This document shows positions 30,615 to 43,475 of a stretch of 64,000 nt of DNA, piece by piece. Numbering within the stretch: the stretch's first letter is position 1; every line of letters begins with the position of its first letter. The position numbers and the translations under genes were made by a program. Origin of the DNA: an uncultured delta proteobacterium (GTDB lineage Bacteria > Desulfobacterota > Desulfuromonadia > Desulfuromonadales > JACZKF01). The DNA lies in assembly GCA_963816395.1 (NCBI GenBank), contig CAWFKQ010000009.1, positions 288,001 through 352,000 of the forward strand, written 5' to 3'. The notes under the pieces are model-generated. The model was given only the letters and a program-made list of their open reading frames with translations, searched no databases and was not told where the DNA came from.

Positions 30615-31017
30615 TCAGCTTCCGCTTCCCTTTTTCGGCCGGCCGCACCAGCAGGGTGAGGCCGCGGGTTGCCTGAACCTCCACTTTCTCCCCGGCTTCG
30701 ACCCTCCTGCCCCCCTGCACCTCGGCCCGCCAGAGTTCGCCGCGAACCAGGATATATCCCGAGGGCGCCAGACGCTCGCGGGCGATGCCGCATTCGCCGA
30801 TAAGGGAGCCGAAGGTGCGGTCGCCCGGCTCATAGGCGCGGCGCATGAGGGGAAAGAGGGCGGCGTCCTTGGCCACCCATAAGGCGATGACGGTCCACAC
30901 CAGCCACAGGGGAAGGGCAAACCAGTGGCGCAGCAGGAACATGAGCGCCGCCATCAGCAGCCAGGAGGGAAGCTGCACCAGGATGTACTTGGCTACCGTC
31001 CGGGTGTTTCGCCCCAT
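30615..31017 (-). CDS. NfeD-like membrane protein (probable frameshift just before the stop)
   Basis: Two TM helices then LIGE.G...ERLAPSGYILVRGELWRA...G.KV.V....GLTLLV OB domain. Confidence 0.75.
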
Positions 31018-31090
31018 GCTCTCCACCGTTTTCCCCGGCAGAAGAAAAGCGGGAGAAACCCGCTTTTCAAAGCAGATGAAGGCATGCGCC

Positions 31091-31279
31091 TCAGGACGGC
31101 GACACCTCCTGGCAGAATTCGCTCCCCCAGGTCTCGCGCCGGTCTCCCACCTCCACTTCCAGGCGGTTGCCGCTGCAGAACTTGACCCGGCCCTTCTCAT
31201 GGCTGCCGGTGTTTTCCACATACCTGGTTTCGCCCGCTTCGATTGCCTGGCAGAACTGTTCGAACTCCTTCCGTTCCAT
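31091..31279 (-). CDS. Small hypothetical protein (62 aa), paralog of 10845..11039
   Basis: SD GAGGAG; MERKEFEQFCQAIEAGETRYVEN...CSGNRLEVEV...WGSEFCQE. Confidence 0.75.
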   Translation of the reverse strand: MERKEFEQFCQAIEAGETRYVENTGSHEKGRVKFCSGNRLEVEVGDRRETWGSEFCQEVSPS

Positions 31280-31447
31280 GGTTCTCTCCTCTCCCCGCCC
31301 CGGGGCCATGGCTCCGGTCGTGGCGGAATTCTTCATCCCATTATACCGCCGAAACGACCCGCTTCAGGAACCGGCCGCGAGGGGTGGAAGCGGAAACCGC
31401 GGGCACGCCACTGGCGATTGAGGCGGGTACAGCCTTGTCCCCGGCCC

Positions 31448-32720
31448 TCAGCGGTCGCGAAAGATGAGATGCTCCAGGACCATGACAGCCAGGACCCCGA
31501 CCACGAAGCCGTTGCCGAGGACCGGCTGCAGGACGGCGGGAAAGGTGGCGAGGGCGGCGGGGGGGAGGAAGGCGATGACCGTTCCCAGCAGCAGGGGGAG
31601 ACCGATGACCAGCCCGTGCGGGAAACGGAACGGCTCCTTCCCCTCGAAGAGCACCAGCAGGCCGGCAGCGACCTGGGCGCAGAGGATGTACAGCAGGACG
31701 CTGCCGACCACCACGTCGGGGATGCGGCCGATGGTGCCGATGGCGGCCGGGGAGAAGGAGAGCAGCAGCAGCAGGCCGGCCGCCGGCAGCAGGGTGAAGC
31801 GGGAGGCACAGCCGGTGGCGGCGACCACCCCGGGGCTGAGGGAGAAGTCGACCGGGCCGAGGACCCCGAAGAAGCCGGCGAGGGCATTGGCCAGGCCGGT
31901 AAAAGTAATGCCGCGGCTGACCCGTCCGGGCAGATCGGCCGGTCGCAGCAGCTCGGCAATCGACTGGATGGAGCCGAGATCGTTCACCGCCAGGGCCAGG
32001 AAGCAGAAGAGGAAGGCGAGCAGGACCCCCGGCTCGAGGGTGAAGTCCAGGGTGAGCCGGCGCAGGAAGCCGCCGCCCCAGGGCAAGCCCCGGCGCTCCG
32101 GCGGCGGTGCCGAAGAGCAGGGCATGGGCGAGGGTGCCGCCGGCGATGCCCCAGATGATCAGGGTCGAGCGCCAGAGGCCGCCGAGCAGCCGATAGGCGG
32201 TGAACAGGGCGAAGATCAGCACCAGGGCGAAGGAGAGGCTGGCCAGCGGCGGCACCGGTCCGGCCGGAACCAGCAGGCGCAGGATGGTCGGGGTGAGGGT
32301 GAAGGCGATCAGCAGCAGTACCGCCGCCACCACCCGGGGGGTGAACAGCCGCTGCAGGGGGCGGAAGAGCCCGCTGGCGCTGAGCAGGGCCAGCAGCAGG
32401 CCGCCGGCCAGGATGGCGCTGTAGACCGCCGCCAGGGGGAAACCCTGGCTGGCGACGGCGCCGACCAGCAGGACCGTGGCCGGTCCGGCGACCAGGGGAA
32501 GACGGTGCCCCCACAGCACCTGGCAGAAGAGGGTGAGGGCGACGACAAAACAGGTCTTCTGCAGAAAGAGGACCTGGTCGGCGTAGGCGGGGAACTGGAG
32601 GACGCCGATCACCCGGCCGATGATCAGGATGCCGGGAAGGGCGATGGCCAGCCACTGGAGGGCGAAAAGGAGCGTCTCGCGCCAGGGGGGGCGCTCATCC
32701 AGGCCATAGCGAAAATCCAC
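31448..32720 (-). CDS. NCS2 xanthine/uracil-type permease (frameshift near 32100)
   Basis: YGLDERPP, ALQW, GHRLP, FTPRV, RGI..TGLAN, GVV.ATG.ASRF, GNG.VVG. Confidence 0.85.
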
Positions 32721-32774
32721 CTTCTCCTCCTGTCAGAGCCGGCAGACGGGAAGCGGTTTCCCGCCGCCGGCATG

Positions 32775-33402
32775 TCATTTGCCCTTTTCGGGCAATCCCT
32801 GCTTCCTCAGGTCCTCTTGGAACTGCCCGAGGATCTGCCCCAGCGCTTCGTTCCACCCCTGCGCCAGGGCCGCCGGCGTCCTTTTCTCCAGCGGGATCTC
32901 CCGCCGGTAGCTTTGCCGCAGCAGCGTCTCGGGCCCGGCGGTCTTCTGCCGCTCAAGCGTGAACTCCATGGCCAGCACCGCCTTGGCCGCGACCCCCGGG
33001 CGGAAATCGCCGTACAGTTCGGAGACCGTCCCGGAGAGATAGTAGTCCGGTTCTTCCGGCCCGGCCTTGCCCAGCACTTCCCGGAACAGCCCGGAAGCGC
33101 CCAGCCAGCGGACCACCGCCTCCTTGAACAGGGTTGCCGGGTCGACCAGAAATTCGCTGTAGTAGTCGGTCTCGTACGCCAGTTCGCCGGTCCGGTAGAC
33201 GAAGTTCTTGCCCATGAAGGTCGGGGCGACGCGGATCCGTTCCACCCGGAGGATACCGGCCGCGGCGGGGGGGGCCTGCTGCGGCGGGGCGACGTCGAGG
33301 ATGAACGTCTGCTTCTGCGGATACTGCCGTTCGAGGTTGACGCAGCCGGCCAGCGACGAGCAATCCCATCAGGCCGGCGACGATAGGGAGTTTCCTGGTC
33401 AT
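32775..33402 (-). CDS. ABC transport auxiliary lipoprotein (PqiC-like), frameshifted
   Basis: Lipoprotein-like N-terminus (..AGCVNL), VYRTG...ETDYY..F, L.G.V.ELYGDF; follows MlaD. Confidence 0.7.
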
Positions 33403-34461
33403 TTTCCCTCCTGGGGCAGCAGACGCGGCGGCGGGGTGCCGAAGAAGAGCTGCGAGGGGTTGCGCCGGGCGGTCTCGCTCACCGCCTTGAAATTCTCCGA
33501 CATCTGCCGCAGGTTGTTGATGGTTTCCTCCAGATCCTGCTGCTCGCTGGTGACCAGCCGGTCGAGACGGCCCAGGGCATGCCGCAGGTGGCCCAGGCTG
33601 GCGGGCAGGTCGTTGCTGGAGGAGATCTGGCCCATGACCTGGTTCAGGTTCTCCGCCGCCTCTTTGGAGGCGGCGAGCATCTCCTGCAGCGGCTTGCGGG
33701 TCTCCTCCGTCAGCTGCCGGACGCTGGCCAGGGTCGCCGAGGCATCCTTGATCAGGGGATTGATCTGCAGGTCCTGCACCACCTTGTCCAGGTGCCGGTT
33801 GGTCGCCCGCAGCTCCGCCAGCAGCTGCTCCGCCTGATTCCCGAGGGCCTTCATGTTGGTATTCTCCAGCACCGAGGAGATGACCGTCAGCGCCTTCTGG
33901 ATCGAATCCGGTGAGCTGCTGGACGTCGATCTGCTCCAGGTTGCGCAGGATGCCGTCGATGGCGTCGGAAACCCGGGTGATGATGCTGGGACCGGAGGGG
34001 ATATAGGGGTATTTCGGCGTCCAGTCGATCGCCAGGGGGGGATAGCGCTGCGGGTCGAGGTAATCCGCCTCGATGTAGGCCGCGCCCGTCACCCCCTGGA
34101 AGCCCAGGCGCACCCGCAGCCCCTGCCGCACCTCCCGCTCGAACAGCTCGCGGTCGACCTTTTCCCCATTGGCGCGGAAGGTGTCGGGGGTGAGGGCCAT
34201 GCGCACCAGGACGTAGCGCTTCTCGGTATGGTATTCCTTGCGCACCAGGGTCATTTCGGTGACCTTGCCGATCTGCACGCCGCGGAATTTCACCGGCGAG
34301 CCGATTTCCAGCCCCTGCACCGAGTCCTGGAAATAGGTCTCCACCAGCACCTGCTGCTGGAACAGGGCGCTGGCGCCGAGGGCGATGATGCCGAGGATCA
34401 GCAGGGCGCCGGCGCCGATGACGAACAGGCCGATCTTGAAGTAATTGGCTCTCTGTTTCAA
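33399..34461 (-). CDS. mlaD: MlaD/MCE family protein (frameshift near 33910)
   Basis: SD GGAGG and TTG start; NYFKIGLFV, SVQGLEIGSPVKFRGV.IG.V, QGVTG..YIE; helical C-terminus ending NPSQLFFG. Confidence 0.8.
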
Positions 34462-34467
34462 CGGTAT

Positions 34468-35265
34468 TTTACCTCCGTTTCCCCCTGTTGGTTCGGGCCG
34501 CCGCCGCGCGGTTCCACGCTCCCGCCGGAAGAACTGCCGGACATAGGGATTGCTGCTGTCGCGCAGCTCCCGGGGCTTGCCGACGGCGACGATCCCGCGG
34601 CTGCGCTTGTCGAGCATGATCACCCGGTCGGCGATATCGTAGACGCTGGGCAGCTCATGGGTGACGATGATGAAGGTGATCCCCAGGCTGCCGGCCAGCT
34701 GCAGGATAAGCTGGTCGAGTTCGGCCGAGGTGATCGGGTCCAGCCCGGCCGAAGGCTCGTCGAGAAAGAGGATCTCCGGATCGAGGGCCATCGCCCGGGC
34801 GATCCCCGCCCGCTTCTTCATCCCGCCGCTGAGCTCGCCGGGCAGGTGATCGGCATAGCGGCTCAGCCCGACCAGGCCCAGCTTCATCATGGCGATCAGT
34901 TCGCGGGCGGCCGGCGGCAGATGGGTCAGCTCCTCCATGGGGAGGCAGACGTTCTGCAGCAGGGTCATCGAGCCGAACAGCGCCCCGCTCTGGTAGGTGA
35001 CGCCGATCCGGCGCAGGATCTCCTGCCGCTGGCGGCCGGCGGCGGTGACGATGTCCTGCGCCCCGAAGAGGACCCGCCCCCGCTCGGGCTGCAGCAGGCC
35101 GATCATGTGTTTCAGCAGGGTGCTCTTCCCCGAGCCGGACCCTCCCAGGATGACGAAGACCTCCCCCCGGTAGACCTCGAAGGAGACATCCTCCAGGACC
35201 AGCTCCTCCTGGTAGCCGGCGGTCAGGTGCTCCACCCGGATGATGCTTTCCCGCTCCCCTGCCAA
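34468..35265 (-). CDS. mlaF: ABC ATP-binding protein (MlaF-like); 3' end uncertain
   Basis: GGSGSGKS, QSGALFGSM, LSGGMKKR, LDEPSAGLDP, VTHEL. Confidence 0.85.
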
Positions 35266-35266
35266 T

Positions 35267-36417
35267 TCAGATCCCCAGGTAGTAGAAAAGGACGGAAAAG
35301 ATCCCGTCGGCGATGATGATCAGGACATTGCCGGCGACCACCGCCCGGGTGGCGGAATCGCCGACGGCGCTGGCGCCGCCCTGCGTCCGCAGTCCCTGGT
35401 GACAGCCGATGCCGGCGACGATGAGGCCGAAGGCGAACGATTTGGCCAAGCCGCCGGCGGCATCCATCCAGGTGACCGCCCCCAGCAGCTGGTTGATGTA
35501 GGCGACCAGGGGATAGCCAAGGGAGAGCAGCACCACCCCGCCCCCCATCACTGCCACCATGTCGGCGAACACCGTCAGCAGCGGAATTGCCAGCATCAAT
35601 GCCAGCACCCGGCTGACCACCAGGAAGCGCACCGGATCGAGTCCCATGGTGACCAGGGCGTCGATCTCCTCGTTCACCTGCATCGTTCCCAGCTCCGCGG
35701 CGAAAGCGGAGCCGGAGCGGCCGGCGAGCACCAGGGCGGTCATCAGCGGCCCCAGCTCGCGCAGCATGGAGAGGCCGACCAGATTGGCCACGTAGATCTG
35801 GACGCCGAACTGGCGCATCGGGATGGCCGCCTGGAAGGCCATGATCAGGCCGACCAGGAAACTGACCAGGGCGACGATCGGCAGCGCATTCACCCCCGCC
35901 TTCTCGGCGATCAACAGGGTGTCGGACCAGCGGATGCGCAGCGGCCGGCGCAGAGCCAGCAGCAGAGCAACCACCAGCTCGCCGACGAAGGCCAGCAGGT
36001 CGCGGATGCCGATCCACACCCGGTAGGAGGCGCGGCCGAGCTCCTCGGGAAAGCTGGCCGGCTTCCCCCCCGGCCCGGCGGCTCGGGAATCTCGCAGGGG
36101 TCGAACAGGTCGAAAAGCTGGCGGAACTGCGGCCGCAGGCCGCGCACCTCGAAGGCGCCGCCCGCCTGGTGCTGGCAACGGCAGAGAGCGACCAGCAGAC
36201 CGATTCCCGAGCCGTCGCAGTAGTCGACCGCCGAGGCCTCCACCACCAGCCGCGGCGCTCCCTGCGTCTTCACCAGGCCGGTAGCCCGGCTCCACAGGTC
36301 GGCCACCGAATCGGCATCAAGACGGCCGGCCAGCGCCAGAGTAAGGGCCTGGACGCCCTCCTCCACCCGCAGGGTAGCGGCTTCAGTTTTGTTCTGCTCC
36401 ATACTGCTCGCCGCCAT
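35267..36417 (-). CDS. mlaE: STAS + MlaE ABC permease (frameshift near 36070)
   Basis: N-terminal STAS (LAGRLDA, DYCDGSG); RELGPL.TA..LAGRSGSAFAAELGTM...EEIDAL, VG..AT.AVV. Confidence 0.85.
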
Positions 36418-36568
36418 GCAGAACTCCGGGGCGGATAAGATGAATTCTTCCGGCGCCCCTGGCCCGGAAATTCTCATTGTAACACCTGCGGGGGCTTCCC
36501 CAAAGGGCGATCAATCGGGGCGGTACTCCGTCCAGCAGGCCACTCAGCGGATCCAGCGAATCGGCGGA

Positions 36569-38164
36569 TCATTCAGCGCTGCCGTCATCCAACGCCCCCC
36601 AGCCGCCGCCCCCCGGCGTCTCGATCACCAGCCGGTCGCCGCGACGGCCGTCCAAGGAGCACTTGCCCGGCAGCTCGCGCGCCTCCTCCCGCCGCACCAG
36701 CAGGTTGCGCCCCGGTGCCCCCGGCCCGCCCCCCTGCAGGCCCCAGGGGCGAAAGAGGCGCCGCTCGCTGATCAGCGTGACGCGGGCGTCGGCCAGCAGC
36801 TCGAACTCCTTCACCACCCCGTCGCCGCCCCGGTGCCGGCCGGCGCCGCCGCTGCCGTCGCGCAGGCGATAGCGGCGCACCCGCAGGGGATAGGCGTGCT
36901 CCAGGGCCTCCACCGGGGTGTTCAGGGTGTTGGTCATGTGCGTCTGCACCCCGCTCGCTCCGGCTCCGGCCGGCCCGCCGCCGGCGCCGCCGGCGATCGT
37001 CTCGTAGTAGGCGAAGAGCTCGCCGCTGCGCGGATCGGCGCCGCCGATGGTGAGATTATTCATCGAGCCGCCGCTGGCCGCCGGGATGCGCTCCGGCAGG
37101 GCCGCCGCCAGGGCGCGCAGGAGCACATCGACCAGGCGCTGGGAGGTCTCCACGTTGCCCCCGGCCACCGCCGCCGGGAAGGTGCAGTCGGCCACCGTCC
37201 CGGGCACCGTGCGCACCCCGATGGGGCGCAGGCAGCCGGCGTTGGCCGGGATCTCCTCCGGCGCCAGCAGGCGAAAGACGTAGAAAACGGCCGAAAGGGT
37301 GATGGCCCGCACCGCGTTCAGGCAGCCGGCGACCTGCGGCGCGCAGCCGGAGAAATCGACCGCCGCCTGTTCGCCGCGCACGCTCACGGTGCAGCGCAGG
37401 GGGATCGGCCCGCTTCCCGCGCCGTCCTCGTCGAGGAAGTCTTCGGCGGCGTAATCGCCGTCCGGGATGGCGGCCAGCACCCCCCGCATCAGGCGCTCGC
37501 CGTAGTCGAGCAGGGCCCGGGCGTAGCGCTCCGTCGCCGCCTGCCCGTACTGCTCCACCACCTCCCGCAGCCGCCGCTCCCCCACCCGGTTGGCGGCGAG
37601 CTGGGCGGCGAGGTCCCCCTCCCGCTCCTGCGGGGTGCGCACGTTGGCCAGCAGCAGGGCGAGCAGGTCCCGGTCGAAGGCGCCGGCGCGGACGATCTTC
37701 ACCGGCGGGATGCGCAGCCCCTCCTGGAAGATCTCGGTGGACAGGGGGAGGGAGCCGGCGGTCATCCCCCCGACGTCGGCGTGGTGGGCGCGATTGGCCA
37801 GAAAGAAGACCGGCTCGCTGTCGTCGAAGAACACCGGGGTGACCAGGGTGAGGTCCGGCAGGTGGGTGCCGCCGCGGTAGGGGTCGTTGAGCAGCACCGC
37901 ATCCCCCGGCGCCAGATCGCTGCGGGACAGCGCCGCCGCTACCGACAGCGGCATCGAGCCCAGGTGCACCGGGATGTGCGCCGCCTGCGCCACCATCTCC
38001 CCCCGCCGGTCGAACAGGGCGCAGGAGAAATCCCGCCGCTCCTTGATGTTGGGGGAGAAGGCGGTGCGCATCAGCACCGCCCCCATCTCCCCGGTCAGGG
38101 AGGTGAAGCGGTTCTTGATGACTTCCAGGCGGATGGGATCGATTACAGTCTCGTCACTGGTCAT
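36569..38164 (-). CDS. Hydantoinase B / oxoprolinase family protein
   Basis: [63 protein letters not shown]. Confidence 0.92.
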   Translation of the reverse strand: MTSDETVIDPIRLEVIKNRFTSLTGEMGAVLMRTAFSPNIKERRDFSCALFDRRGEMVAQAAHIPVHLGSMPLSVAAALSRSDLAPGDAVLLNDPYRGGTHLPDLTLVTPVFFDDSEPVFFLANRAHHADVGGMTAGSLPLSTEIFQEGLRIPPVKIVRAGAFDRDLLALLLANVRTPQEREGDLAAQLAANRVGERRLREVVEQYGQAATERYARALLDYGERLMRGVLAAIPDGDYAAEDFLDEDGAGSGPIPLRCTVSVRGEQAAVDFSGCAPQVAGCLNAVRAITLSAVFYVFRLLAPEEIPANAGCLRPIGVRTVPGTVADCTFPAAVAGGNVETSQRLVDVLLRALAAALPERIPAASGGSMNNLTIGGADPRSGELFAYYETIAGGAGGGPAGAGASGVQTHMTNTLNTPVEALEHAYPLRVRRYRLRDGSGGAGRHRGGDGVVKEFELLADARVTLISERRLFRPWGLQGGGPGAPGRNLLVRREEARELPGKCSLDGRRGDRLVIETPGGGGWGALDDGSAE

Positions 38165-38209
38165 TGGTCATCGGCTGTCAAGTCCTGGGTACACGGTCTT
38201 CGCCCCCCG

Positions 38210-40191
38210 TTACGCGTTGCCTCTTTCCAGTATCAGGTTCCCCCGTTCGTCCACCTGCGCTGTCCACCCCGGGCGCAGCAGGTGGGTGGCGGTCTCCTCG
38301 ACCACCAGGGCCGGGCCGGCGAACTGGCTGCCGCAGGGGAGCTGATCCCGCTCGTACACCGGGCAGCGGCAGCTCCTCGCCGCCGAGACACCGGCGCTGA
38401 TTCGGCCGCCGGCGACAGCGGCCCGCCGCCGACCGGGGCGACGGCGACATCGGGGCGCGCGCCGCGGCCCGTCGCCCGCAGCCGCAGGGTGACCACCTGC
38501 AGCGGCCGTCCCTCGTCGCGATAGCCGTAGAGCGTCTCGTGGCGGGCATGGAAGGCGGCGCGGAAGTCCCCGGCCAGCGGCACGTTGACCTCGAAGGACT
38601 GCCCCCGGTAGCGCAGGTCGACGCTAGGCTCCAGGCGCAGCTCGCCGCCGGTAATGCCTTCAGCGGCCATCTCGGCCCGCGCCTGCTCCTCCAGGGGGCG
38701 GTAAAGCCGGCGCAGCTCGCTATCGGCCAGGTCGCCGGAGCGCAGCACCGAGCGGGAATAGTCGCGGATGACGTCGGCCAGCACCAGCCCCACCGCCGAG
38801 AGGAGACCCGGGTGCGGGGGCAGCAGCAGGCGCGGGATGGCCAGCCGCTCGGCCAGGGCGCAGGCGTGCAGCCCGCCGGCGCCGCCGAAGGGGAGCAGGA
38901 CGAAGTCGCGCGGGTCGTGGCCGCGGGCGACCGACACCACCCGCAGGGCGCCGGCCATGGTCGCCTCGGCCACCTCGATCACCCCTTCGGCCAGCCGCCT
39001 CGGCGGCAGGCCGGCCTGGTCCGCCAGCCGCTCCACCGCGGCGCGGGCGCGGTCGGTATCGAGGCGCATGCGCCCGCCCAGGAAGCGGTCGGCCAGCAGG
39101 CGCCCGAGGTAGAGATTGGCGTCGGTGACGGTCACCGCCTCGCCCCGCCCGTAGCAGGCCGGGCCCGGGTCGGCGCCGGCGCTCTCCGGGCCGACCCGCA
39201 GCGCCCCGCCGGCATCGAGGCGGGCGATCGAGCCGCCTCCCGCCCCCACCGTGTGCAGGTCGATCATCGGCACCTTCACCGGCCAGCCGGCGATCACCGT
39301 CTCGGCGCTGAAGGGGATCGCCCCGGCGCAGAGGCCGACGTCGGTGCTCGTCCCCCCCATGTCGAAGGTGAGCACCCGCTCGCAGCCGGCCGCCCGGGCG
39401 GCGGTGAAGGCCCCCACCATCCCCGCCGCCGGGCCGGAGAGGATGGTGCGCACCGCCTCGCCGCCGGCGGTCTCGGCGCGCAGGGCGCCGCCGTTGCTCT
39501 GCATGATGCGCAGCGGACGCTCCCCCAGGCCGGCCTGCAGCCGCTCCAGGTAATGGCTCATCACCGGGGCGACGGCGGCGTTGACCGCCGTCGTGGCGGC
39601 CCGTTCGAACTCGCGGAATTCGGGAAGGATGCGGCAGGAGGCGGAGACGCGCAGCCCGGCCGCCGCCAGCGCCCCGGCCAGCTCCTCCTCGTGCGCCGGG
39701 TTGGCGTAGCTGTGCAGCAGGCAGAGCGCCACCGAGCCGGCGCCGGTTGCCTCAACGGCCGCTACCACCCGCGCCACCTCGGCGGCGCGCAGCGGGGTCG
39801 CCACCGAGCCGTCGGCCAGCACCCGCTCGGCCGCCTCCACGGTGCGCTCCGGCGGCACCAGCGGCGGCTGCCGGCGGGGGTGCAGGGCGTAGAGCTCCGG
39901 GCGGTTCTGCCGGCCGATGCGCAGCAGGTCGCGGAAGCCGGCGGTCACCACCAGGGCGACCGGCGCCCCCTTCCCCTCCAGCAGCGCGTTGGTGGCGACG
40001 GTGGAGCCGTGAAAAATGAGCGCCGGCCGCTCCCCCACCAGCCGCCGGATTCCCTCCAGCACCGCCTGCGAGGGATCGTCGGGAGTCGAGGGGAGCTTCC
40101 AGGTGCGCACTTCGGCGCCGTCCACCAGCACCAGGTCGGTGAAGGTGCCGCCGGTGTCGACGCCGATCAGGGGGAGAGGGGAGGGGGTCAT
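38210..40191 (-). CDS. Hydantoinase A / oxoprolinase family protein (indels near 38350-38390)
   Basis: GVDTGGTFTD, HGSTVATNALLE, SGPAAG, DMGGTSTD, GAGGGS, GPESAGADPGPACY; ends GNLILERGNA* in another frame. Confidence 0.9.
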
Positions 40192-40199
40192 CAGCCGGT

Positions 40200-40931
40200 C
40201 TACTGCATCTTGCGGATGCGCACCTCGATGCCGCTGCCCCGGAGCAGTTCGCTGAGCCGCGCGGTATCGGTGTCGCCGAAATGGTAGGGATAGAGGACCT
40301 TCGGCCGCAGCGCCCGGGCGGCGTCGGCGACCATCTCCGGGGTCATGGTGTAGGGCAGGTTCATCGGCAGAAAGGCGATGTCGATCCCCTTCAGGCCCTT
40401 GAGCTCCGGGGTGTTCTCCGTATCCCCCGCCACATAGACCCGCGTGTCGCCGAAGGTGAGCACATAGCCGTTGCCGTTACCCCGCGGATGGAATGGCACC
40501 CCCGGGCTGCGCATGTGCACCAGGTTGTAGGCCGGCACCGCTTCGATCCGCACCCCCTGGAGCGTCCGCGTCTCGCCGTTTTGCATGACCAGGCTGCCCG
40601 GGACCTGGTCGGCGGCGGTGCGGTTGACCACCACCTCGGTGCCCGGCTTGCTGACCGCGGCGATCGCCGCGGGGTCGAGGTGGTCGTGATGCTCGTGGGT
40701 GATCAGGATCAGGTCGGCCTTCGGCAGCGCCGAGTAATCGGCCAGCTTGCTCCAGGGATCGACGTGAATGACCTTCCCCCCGTAAGCGAACATCAGGCTG
40801 CCGTGGCCGATGAAGGTGATCTTCAGCTCGCCGCCCGAAGTTTTGATGGTATCCATTTCTCTTCCCTCCAGTCCCAGCGCCGGCAGCGCCAGTGCCAGTG
40901 CCAGAAGGGCCAGAATGAGCTTTTTCCCCAT
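40200..40931 (-). CDS. Secreted MBL-fold metallo-hydrolase
   Basis: Signal peptide; GHGS, THEHHDH, AGDT, PYH. Confidence 0.88.
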   Translation of the reverse strand: MGKKLILALLALALALPALGLEGREMDTIKTSGGELKITFIGHGSLMFAYGGKVIHVDPWSKLADYSALPKADLILITHEHHDHLDPAAIAAVSKPGTEVVVNRTAADQVPGSLVMQNGETRTLQGVRIEAVPAYNLVHMRSPGVPFHPRGNGNGYVLTFGDTRVYVAGDTENTPELKGLKGIDIAFLPMNLPYTMTPEMVADAARALRPKVLYPYHFGDTDTARLSELLRGSGIEVRIRKMQ

Positions 40932-41070
40932 GCCTGCACCTCCCGGGGCGTCGAATTTTGTTTGCCCCATGAACCGAACTATACCAGCCAACTTCCTGAA
41001 ATGCCAAGGCTGGAAACGGGGATGGGGCTGGGCCTGGGGGGGAGCGGCCGGCGCCATCGCCGTGGACCGG

Positions 41071-43238
41071 CTAATTGGCAGGCCGATGAGCCGCGGGCCG
41101 CATTGCGGTGGATTCGGTCTGTCCCGCCGCGAGCGGCGCGTCGCCCAGGAAAAGCCTGTGGACCATCGAGAACTGGAGCGCCCTGGCCTGCCGGATGGCG
41201 CTGCGGGCCGCTTCCGCCCGGGCGTCTTTCGGCAGCAGCAGGTCCTTTTCGGTGAAGGAGAGCCGGTCATCTCTGTAGACCGCATCGGAGAGGACGTTGT
41301 GCATATAGAAAAAGCCATCCTGGACAAACCCGTCCGCTCCGGCGTATCCGGAGCCGAGGAGAAATATCCGGTTCTTTCCTGAGCGTTGCCACACGGGGAT
41401 GCCTTCCATCTCCTTTGCCGCGGCGGTTTTTCCCAGCAGGGCGAGAAGGGTCGGGGCGATGTCGATGTGGGAGGTCGGGGCGGACAGGAGAAGGGAGTGC
41501 TGCAGGGCCCGGGGGGCATAGATGAGAAGCGGTACCTGGAGCATGTAGGAGCTGAGTTTGCCGAAGGGGAGAGCGGGATCCTCAACCTGGCTGCGGACCC
41601 CGTGATCGGCGGTGAAGACCACAATGGTGTTCTCCAGCCACCTGTGGCTGGTGAGCAGATCGATTATCTCGGCCAGCCAGCGATCCTGCAGCAGCGCGAG
41701 CTCATGGCCTCTGGCAGAGATCTCTGCCAGGCCGCGCAGGTCGAAGAAAGGCCCATGCCCGATCTGGGGCAGAAACAGGGCACAGAAGTGACGTCCGGCC
41801 TCTTTGGCAGCCAGGATATCCGCTTTCAGCTGCTCGAGGGCCTGAAGATCCAGGGTGAGCCGCTCGAGAAGCTTCTGGCGCATCGAGGGATCGAAAGGAC
41901 GATTGGCGGCCTCCATCTCCGCCATGAGCGCCGCCGCGCGGGACAGGGCCCTGCCCCGGGTCTCTTCCTGCGGATGGTCCGACGCGTAGAAGGTCCGGTC
42001 GGCGCCGAAGGTCCGGTACAAGAGATCGTCCACATCGGCCCGGTAGAGATTGGGTGCGTAGACGCCGCGGGTGTAATCGGCATCGAGGGCGCTCATGAGT
42101 CCATTCTTCCGCTGGACGGTTTTCGCTTCCAGCAGGCGCCGCCGCCCTTCCGGATACAGGCCCGAGAGGATGGAATAGACGGCATCGCTGGTGTAGGGAT
42201 AGGTGGTGAAATGCTCTCCGCCGACAAAAGAGTGGTCATACAGGCGGCCGGTGCCCGGAAGGCTTCGGCCCGAATTTACCAGGTCGAGGAACCGGGCCGA
42301 TCCGGTTTCCATCACGAAAAGCAGAATGTCCGCGCCGTCTTCGGCAGCGATCCGGGTATCCGCTTCATCCAGGTGCGGGGTGGCCGTTTGCAGCCGGAAT
42401 TCCCCGAGCAGAGAGGGCATCGGCACGTGGAGAGTCAGCTCATCCTCGCCGCCGCTGCCGCCGAGAGCGGACACGAGCTGCCCGACGGCGCTCTTCTGGA
42501 TGGAGATCCCCGCCGGCCTCTGCGCATAGCTGAAGGGGAGCAGAAGCAGGGCTGCAGCCGGCAGGCCGGCGGCCAGGTAACCGGTCAGCAGGCGGTGACA
42601 ACTGGCCAGGGCGCGGCCGATGCCGCCCGGCCGGCCGGGTGGGAACAGATGCTCTCCGAACAGCAGGAAAATCAGGCTGAGAAGAAGCATCGCCAGTTTA
42701 ACCATACTGCCTGCCGTGACGTAGTCCTCCAGCGCTTCCAGGATTGCTGGAAACCCAGTGGAAGGAATCCGACAGCAGCTGCCCCGAGATGAATTGGCCG
42801 ATGGAGTGATAGGCGCGCAGCTCGATGAAATACAGCAGGATCAGGAAAGCCGTTGCGGCAGCGAAGAAAATGGTGCGGGCGCGGCGGGGCAGGAGCAGGG
42901 CCAGAACTGCCGCTGCCAGCGGAACGAGCAGAAAGTTGACCAGCAGATCTTCGGCAAAGAATCCGAGCCGATCGAGGGCGCTCAACGCCTCGATATCTAC
43001 CTTGCCGCACATCCGCGCCGCAAGCTCCCATTGCGAATCCATGAAATCGAATTTCACATACAGGCCGAACAGGCCGAGCAGGGATACGGCGGCCAGGCAG
43101 GAGCGGGAAGATAACAGGGTCTGGCGCGTACACGCGGGCCACGGCGGCCGCCCGGACGACGATCCGCTTTGAAGCGCTGGTCGACACTTCCCTGGCAGAC
43201 TGATTTTCCGGCGTGACTTCCGGTTCAGATTGCTTCAT
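41071..43238 (-). CDS. Membrane-anchored sulfatase/LTA-synthase-like protein (frameshifts near 43075 and 42710)
   Basis: N-terminal TM segments; LFVMET, T.PYTS, GH.PF, TADHG, SHIDIAPTLL. Confidence 0.7.
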
Positions 43239-43475
43239 CGCGTTCGGCGCCTTGGCCACAAAGGGTTTTCCCGGGCGTTCCTCATCATGGGATGTAATTA
43301 ATGGGAGTTTAGTCGAAAGGGGTCGTCCGTCAACTCCCCGAATTCGCGGGGCGGGCGGAGCCGAACTCAGAAGGGGCCGTCTGCGTCTGCGGGTAAGGCC
43401 TTGAAATTTCCTTGCCGGCGCCCATTATTAAGGTGTCTCTTGATAAAAACCGATGAAAACGTGAGAGGAGGAAAG

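Noticed and set aside
32953..35265. 770-aa apparent MlaF-MlaD fusion in the ORF track
   Set aside because: A separate SD (GGAGG) and TTG start precede MlaD at 34461; given the indel rate, the read-through is probably an artefact
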